64,000 nt of DNA, taken from positions 96,001 to 160,000 of the forward strand of contig CBDAFS010000031.1 in the NCBI GenBank assembly GCA_965195285.1, in the 5' to 3' direction. A model generated the notes under the pieces. The model saw only the letters and a list, made by a program, of their open reading frames with translations, did no database searches and had not been told where the DNA came from. The first letter of the stretch is position 1. Each line of letters begins with the position of its first letter. Below are positions 59,375 through 64,000 of this stretch, one piece after another. The position numbers and the translations under genes were made by a program. The stretch comes from an uncultured Aminicenantes bacterium. Lineage in GTDB: Bacteria; Acidobacteriota; Aminicenantia; UBA2199.

Positions 59375-61309
59375 ATGATTAAGAGAGTTATTTTTTTATT
59401 TTTTTTCTCATTTTTTTCATCCTTATTCCTTTTTCCGGATTCAAAAGATGATGACAAACAACCGGTATCACACCCCTCTTTTACCGAAGAGATTGTGGTT
59501 GAAGGTGAGATTGTATCTAAAACCGCAACGGTATCTACTATAACCGCAAAGGAAATTGAAGAAAAAGGTGTGAAAAATGTTGCTGAAGCTTTGGAATTGA
59601 TACCCGGGGGTTTTGTTCGGGTCGGTGGAAGCGGAGAGGCTTATATCCGCATCCGCGGTTTTCGTCAAAGGGAAATTGCCCTGTTAATTGATGGTATACT
59701 CATTAGTTCGCCTTATAATGGTCAATTGGATTTGAGCAGTATCCCGGTCAATACCATTGACCGTATTGAGTTGGTAAGAGGCGCATCTTCACTGATGTAT
59801 GGGCCCAATACCATGGGTGGGGTAATTAACATTATCACCAAGAAAAGCAGTGGTGCTACCGAGTTTAGTATGACCAATGAATACGGGAGCGGAGATACCG
59901 GCAAGGTGGGGGCTTATCTTCAAGGTGGAATCGGTTCCCTTCGTTATATGGTTGCGGGTAGCTACTTTAATCAGAATGAATATCTGCTTTCAAGGAGTTA
60001 TGAAGAACAAGAAAATCAGGGAAGTGGAGCCAGAGCCAATAGTGACCGGAAAATTTGGAATTCTTCGGTTAGTCTGGGCTGGGATATGGGTAAGAAGAGT
60101 CGGGCAACCTTTCATTTCAGTCACATTGACCAGGTTCGGGGCCTGCCGCATCATGAGAGTGACCCCAGGGCAAAATTTCGACGATATACTGATTGGCAGC
60201 AGGGAATGGTCGATTTTATTTTTGATACCCATTTTGGCAACAGTTCATTAAAGGCAAAAGTTTATTACGAATATTTAAATCACACCCTGGATAACTATGA
60301 TGATATGAGCTATTCAACTCAAGACAATCAGAAATCGACAACAGAAAGCATGAAAAATTATGCCATGGGAGGTGATCTGTTTTACCGCTATCATTTTAAC
60401 CAACGGCTGCTCTTTAAATCGGCACTTCGCTTCCGCTATGACCATAACAAATCCCGCCCCGATTTCTCCGATCCCTGGGGAAGTCATGCATATAATATAT
60501 TTTCAATCCCTCTGGAAATAGAATGGAGAGGAACAGATATACTCCTCATTTCAGGAGGTGCGTCTTTTGATCTGATGAGTTTTGATAAAGGCCAAGATTT
60601 AGGATCCCGCACCACAAATAGCTTTAATCCTCAACTTGCCCTCATGGTATTTCCCATCAAAACCTTGAGTTTTAAAGCCACGGCCTCCCACAAGACCCGT
60701 TTTCCAACAATCAGGGAACTGTTCTCGCTGGATTCGGGAAATCCTGATTTAGAACCCATGACTGCAGATATCTTTGAATTGGGGGCTGAATGGAGAATTA
60801 ACCCGAAATGGTCAGTTTCACTTTTGGGTTTTTACAATAACATCAATGATCTGATTGGTCGCTCCAGCAAAGACGATCCCTATGATAATATTGACAAAGC
60901 CGTTTTCAAGGGATTTGAAGCCGGCATGGAATGGGATAACCAAAATTGGATTATACTCAAACTTTTTTATACCTATCTTGAGGCTATTGATAAATCACCA
61001 ACAAGTTCAGGGTATATTGAACATAGACCGCGGCATAAGATCGATACTTCCATAGCGATTAAGTTGCCGTCTCAGTTCTACATAAGCGCAGATATCGGTT
61101 ATGTGTCATCACAGCTCTATTATAGTGATGAAGAAGAAGAACATCTGGATCCTTTTACCCTTATTGATTTGTGCCTGACTAAAAAAGTAGGGCGCTTCAT
61201 GGAGTTTTTTGTGACGATTCGTAATCTATTCGATGTAATTTATTATGAAAGTGAAGGATATCCCAGAGAAGGGAGAATAATCCTTGGTGGCTTTCGTTTA
61301 ACCCTATAA
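59375..61309 (+). CDS. TonB-dependent receptor
   Basis: Signal peptide, TonB box EEIVV, plug IRIRGF...LLIDG...IDRIELVRGASSLMYG..MGGVINIIT, GNPDLEP, RNLFD...GR...LTL; true ATG is 59375. Confidence 0.93.
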   Translation: MIKRVIFLFFFSFFSSLFLFPDSKDDDKQPVSHPSFTEEIVVEGEIVSKTATVSTITAKEIEEKGVKNVAEALELIPGGFVRVGGSGEAYIRIRGFRQREIALLIDGILISSPYNGQLDLSSIPVNTIDRIELVRGASSLMYGPNTMGGVINIITKKSSGATEFSMTNEYGSGDTGKVGAYLQGGIGSLRYMVAGSYFNQNEYLLSRSYEEQENQGSGARANSDRKIWNSSVSLGWDMGKKSRATFHFSHIDQVRGLPHHESDPRAKFRRYTDWQQGMVDFIFDTHFGNSSLKAKVYYEYLNHTLDNYDDMSYSTQDNQKSTTESMKNYAMGGDLFYRYHFNQRLLFKSALRFRYDHNKSRPDFSDPWGSHAYNIFSIPLEIEWRGTDILLISGGASFDLMSFDKGQDLGSRTTNSFNPQLALMVFPIKTLSFKATASHKTRFPTIRELFSLDSGNPDLEPMTADIFELGAEWRINPKWSVSLLGFYNNINDLIGRSSKDDPYDNIDKAVFKGFEAGMEWDNQNWIILKLFYTYLEAIDKSPTSSGYIEHRPRHKIDTSIAIKLPSQFYISADIGYVSSQLYYSDEEEEHLDPFTLIDLCLTKKVGRFMEFFVTIRNLFDVIYYESEGYPREGRIILGGFRLTL

Positions 61310-61321
61310 GGAGAAATTCAT

Positions 61322-62590
61322 ATGTCATTAAAAATTTTGGTTATGTTGTCTTTGTTATTGTTTCAAAACATTTCTGCAGCGGAAAAGGAATTATTGGTAC
61401 AAAACGCCCGCTTTTATTCAGCCAATACAGTTGATATTAACCGGGATGGTATAGTTGAAGTTATTGCTGCCGGTCAATTGAATCATGGGAATGAAAAAAA
61501 CCATTCGGCCTATATTGCTGTTTTCAAAAGAGATAACGGTTCATTTAAAAAAGTGTCCGAGTTATCCTTCCGCATCTCTCATAAAGGGGCAAATATTTCT
61601 ACAAGAATCCGCAACATCCAGATCATTCCGGAGAAAAGCACGGGGAGTTTATTTTTTGTTACCTCCGGTCGGGCAGGCGAGGATGAAGGCGGAATCGGTT
61701 TTATCCAGTATGGTAAACTTCAACAAGATCAGATTTCCATGGACGGGTATCATAAATTTGTTGATACCCAGGCAAAATATACCCATGGTTATCCCCTGGC
61801 TATTGGAGACCTGAACGGTGACCGGAAGCCTGAAATTGTTTATGGAGGGTTTGTGGGAACTGAAAAAGGAGATCGAGCCGATATTCATGTCTTTAGATTC
61901 GAAAAGGGTAAACTTAAAGAAGATAAAATTGCTTTTTCTTCTCTCAAAATTCCCCTGCGGGTAAATGCCATCGTGATTGGTGATCTGGATGGTGACAGTA
62001 AAAATGATATTGTTATCGCAGGCAGAACTTTAAAACCAAACGGCAAGGAGTATGCTTCCTTTGCCTGGGATTCTCAGGGTAAAACCTACCATCATATATT
62101 CAATGATGGGTTTCCCAGTCGATTAAGAACTCTGCTGATAATTGATATTGATCAGGATGGAAAAAATGAATTGGTTACCGGAGGAAGACAAGAATTCGGT
62201 AAAATCTGGGTGGCGGACCTTCAAATCTGGAATATCAATGATAATGATGCTAACTTATCCGATCGTTTCTTCTGGAGCTCTGGTCATCAAATAAGATTGC
62301 GGGCAATCTCGCCAATAAAAAACCAGCCCAACCATTTCAGGGTCGCCGGAAGAGTTGAGTATAGAAGAAAAGATGGAAGTGTTGGATGGTCCGGTTTTAT
62401 CAGGTCTTTTGGAAAAGAGAATGGCTCTTTTCAGCCGGTTTCTGGTTTAGAGTTGTTTGATTTTGGCCATGAAACTCGTATCCGGGATCTTCATCTGGCC
62501 GAAAGTGGTGATACGGTTCTTGCCGGTTTTGGTAAAACCAAAGCAGGACAAAACTTCGGATTCATCCGTTTCATAACTGCCAACAAGTAA
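61322..62590 (+). CDS. Secreted FG-GAP/VCBS-repeat beta-propeller protein
   Basis: Signal peptide; DINRDG, GDLNGDRKPEIV, GDLDGDSKNDIV, DIDQDGKNELV Ca-loop repeats; 12 nt after the receptor stop with AGGAG RBS. Confidence 0.85.
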   Translation: MSLKILVMLSLLLFQNISAAEKELLVQNARFYSANTVDINRDGIVEVIAAGQLNHGNEKNHSAYIAVFKRDNGSFKKVSELSFRISHKGANISTRIRNIQIIPEKSTGSLFFVTSGRAGEDEGGIGFIQYGKLQQDQISMDGYHKFVDTQAKYTHGYPLAIGDLNGDRKPEIVYGGFVGTEKGDRADIHVFRFEKGKLKEDKIAFSSLKIPLRVNAIVIGDLDGDSKNDIVIAGRTLKPNGKEYASFAWDSQGKTYHHIFNDGFPSRLRTLLIIDIDQDGKNELVTGGRQEFGKIWVADLQIWNINDNDANLSDRFFWSSGHQIRLRAISPIKNQPNHFRVAGRVEYRRKDGSVGWSGFIRSFGKENGSFQPVSGLELFDFGHETRIRDLHLAESGDTVLAGFGKTKAGQNFGFIRFITANK

Positions 62591-62600
62591 AACCTGATTT

Positions 62601-63344
62601 TTATTCTTTGTTTTTGACATAAATAAGTTTAAATCTTCCCTTTTGACTCTCCCGGGTTTCGATGTCGAATTTACCGATGGAAGCAATCAGGGGGGTTAAC
62701 TTTTCAAAACCATAATTTCTGGAATCAAAATTGGGTTGTTTCTTCTGCAAAAGGCTTCCCACATCTCCTAAAAAAGCCCAGCTATCATCATCAGCCAGGT
62801 CAGATATGGTTGATGAAATTAACTGGATGATTTCAGGGGTAATTTCTTCGACCGTACTTTTCCGGGAAGGTTTATTCTTATTGATACTGGATTCACTTCT
62901 CTTTGATCGGTTCTTGAGGATTTCAATGTAGATAAATTTATCACAGGCCACTATAAACGGGTTGGGAGTCTTTTTTTCTCCGATTCCAAACACCTTCATC
63001 CCGGCTTCCCGCAACCGGGTGGCCAGCCGGGTAAAATCGCTATCGCTGGATACCAGGCAAAATCCGTTGACCTGACCGGAATACAAAATATCCATGGCAT
63101 CAATAATCATGGCAGAGTCAGTGGCATTTTTACCGGAAGTATATGCATATTGCTGGATCGGGATGATGGCATTTTTTAAAAGGACTTTTTTCCATTTGGC
63201 CAGAGTGGGTTTGGTCCAGTCTCCAAAGATCCTTTTGATAGTGGGATTTCCATATTTGGCAATTTCCTCCATCATTTCTTTTACATAATCAGAGGCGATA
63301 TTGTCCCCGTCGATCAATACGGCAAATTTTATTTCCTTTTCCAT
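62601..63344 (-). CDS. NYN domain protein with C-terminal LOTUS (OST-HTH) domain
   Basis: AVLIDGDN, GKNATDSAMIIDAMD, LVSSDSDF, FDSRNYGFEKL. Confidence 0.92.
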   Translation of the reverse strand: MEKEIKFAVLIDGDNIASDYVKEMMEEIAKYGNPTIKRIFGDWTKPTLAKWKKVLLKNAIIPIQQYAYTSGKNATDSAMIIDAMDILYSGQVNGFCLVSSDSDFTRLATRLREAGMKVFGIGEKKTPNPFIVACDKFIYIEILKNRSKRSESSINKNKPSRKSTVEEITPEIIQLISSTISDLADDDSWAFLGDVGSLLQKKQPNFDSRNYGFEKLTPLIASIGKFDIETRESQKGRFKLIYVKNKE

Positions 63345-63465
63345 TTTATTTCCTCATTTTATCATTCCATTGTTTAATGCTTTTGCATTTGCCTTAACTA
63401 TACAAGAAAACAACAACATAATCAAAAATATAAACTCTTTTTTCACTAATCCCTTTTATTGTATT

Positions 63466-64000
63466 TCAATCTATATTCTTGGTGTATACCGTTCTGGTGG
63501 GAAATGGAATCCCGATATTTGCTTTGTTTAAGGCCTTATAAATTTCATCGGTTATATTGAGCTTGGTTGAAAAGGCTTCCGTATAGTTCTTGACCCAGGC
63601 CCTGGCAACAAAATCCAGGGAAAAATCAGACATTTTTAAAAACAGGACATCAGGCGGAGGTTCTTCAAGGACTGATTCCACCTTCTTTATGGCTTCTAAA
63701 ACAACATGCTTAACCTGGTCAGAATCTGATCCGTATTCGACACCAAAATCAATGTTTACCCGGATAGTAAGATCAGGCATCGTAAAATTTTTAACCTTAG
63801 CATTGGCTAGATAACCATTGGGGATATATATAACCTCATTGTCGTAAGTCTTCAATTTTGTACTTCTTAGCCCAATGTCAAGAATGACTCCCATTTCACC
63901 CGATTCTAACTGAACCTTATCTCCAACTTTAAAAGTTCTATCTAAGACAAGCTGAATCCCACCCAGGATATTAGACAAACTGTCTTTTACAGCCAGGCCA
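63466..64000 (-). CDS. MscS family mechanosensitive channel (5'-truncated by the window edge)
   Basis: LAVKDSLSNILGG, FKVGD, IGLRST, IPN, GVEYGSD, GIPFP. Confidence 0.9.
   Translation of the reverse strand, partial: GLAVKDSLSNILGGIQLVLDRTFKVGDKVQLESGEMGVILDIGLRSTKLKTYDNEVIYIPNGYLANAKVKNFTMPDLTIRVNIDFGVEYGSDSDQVKHVVLEAIKKVESVLEEPPPDVLFLKMSDFSLDFVARAWVKNYTEAFSTKLNITDEIYKALNKANIGIPFPTRTVYTKNID

Noticed and set aside
62601-63344. NYN-LOTUS protein as an anti-phage or toxin system
   Set aside because: Widespread stand-alone family; no partner or defence genes adjacent
557-63814. Numerous 60-160-aa ORFs antisense to or nested in long genes
   Set aside because: Shadow ORFs with no RBS or motifs, fully overlapping well-supported genes

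Overview
A 64-kb bacterial chromosomal window. The protein families (6-bladed beta-propellers with a GEGPGE motif, Tat-AKR-Fe/S proteins, propeller-Y_Y_Y hybrid kinases) suggest an anaerobic diderm, most plausibly Ca. Aminicenantes (Acidobacteriota); this is inference. About 50 intact CDS, several small gene remnants, and no tRNA, rRNA, CRISPR array or transposase that I can see. Highlights: (1) a molybdenum/tungsten-cofactor (Moco-type) riboswitch at about 59271-59370 sequesters the SD of a TonB-dependent receptor, which is followed by a secreted FG-GAP beta-propeller with Arg-rich blades, a candidate outer-membrane Mo/W(-cofactor) uptake system. (2) A self-contained sigma-54 regulon can be read from the DNA: an NtrC-family regulator and histidine kinase, five TGT-N11-ACA enhancer sites and two near-identical TGGAAAA-type -24/-12 promoters, driving a secreted protein + ABC permease + catalytically degenerate ABC ATPase operon and a small DUF4177-like gene. 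(3) An AT-rich 10-kb kinase island with recently duplicated modules and an orphan solute-binding protein. (4) A Tat-signal TldD paired with a signal-less TldE. Riboswitch, promoter and family calls were made by eye and need computational confirmation.
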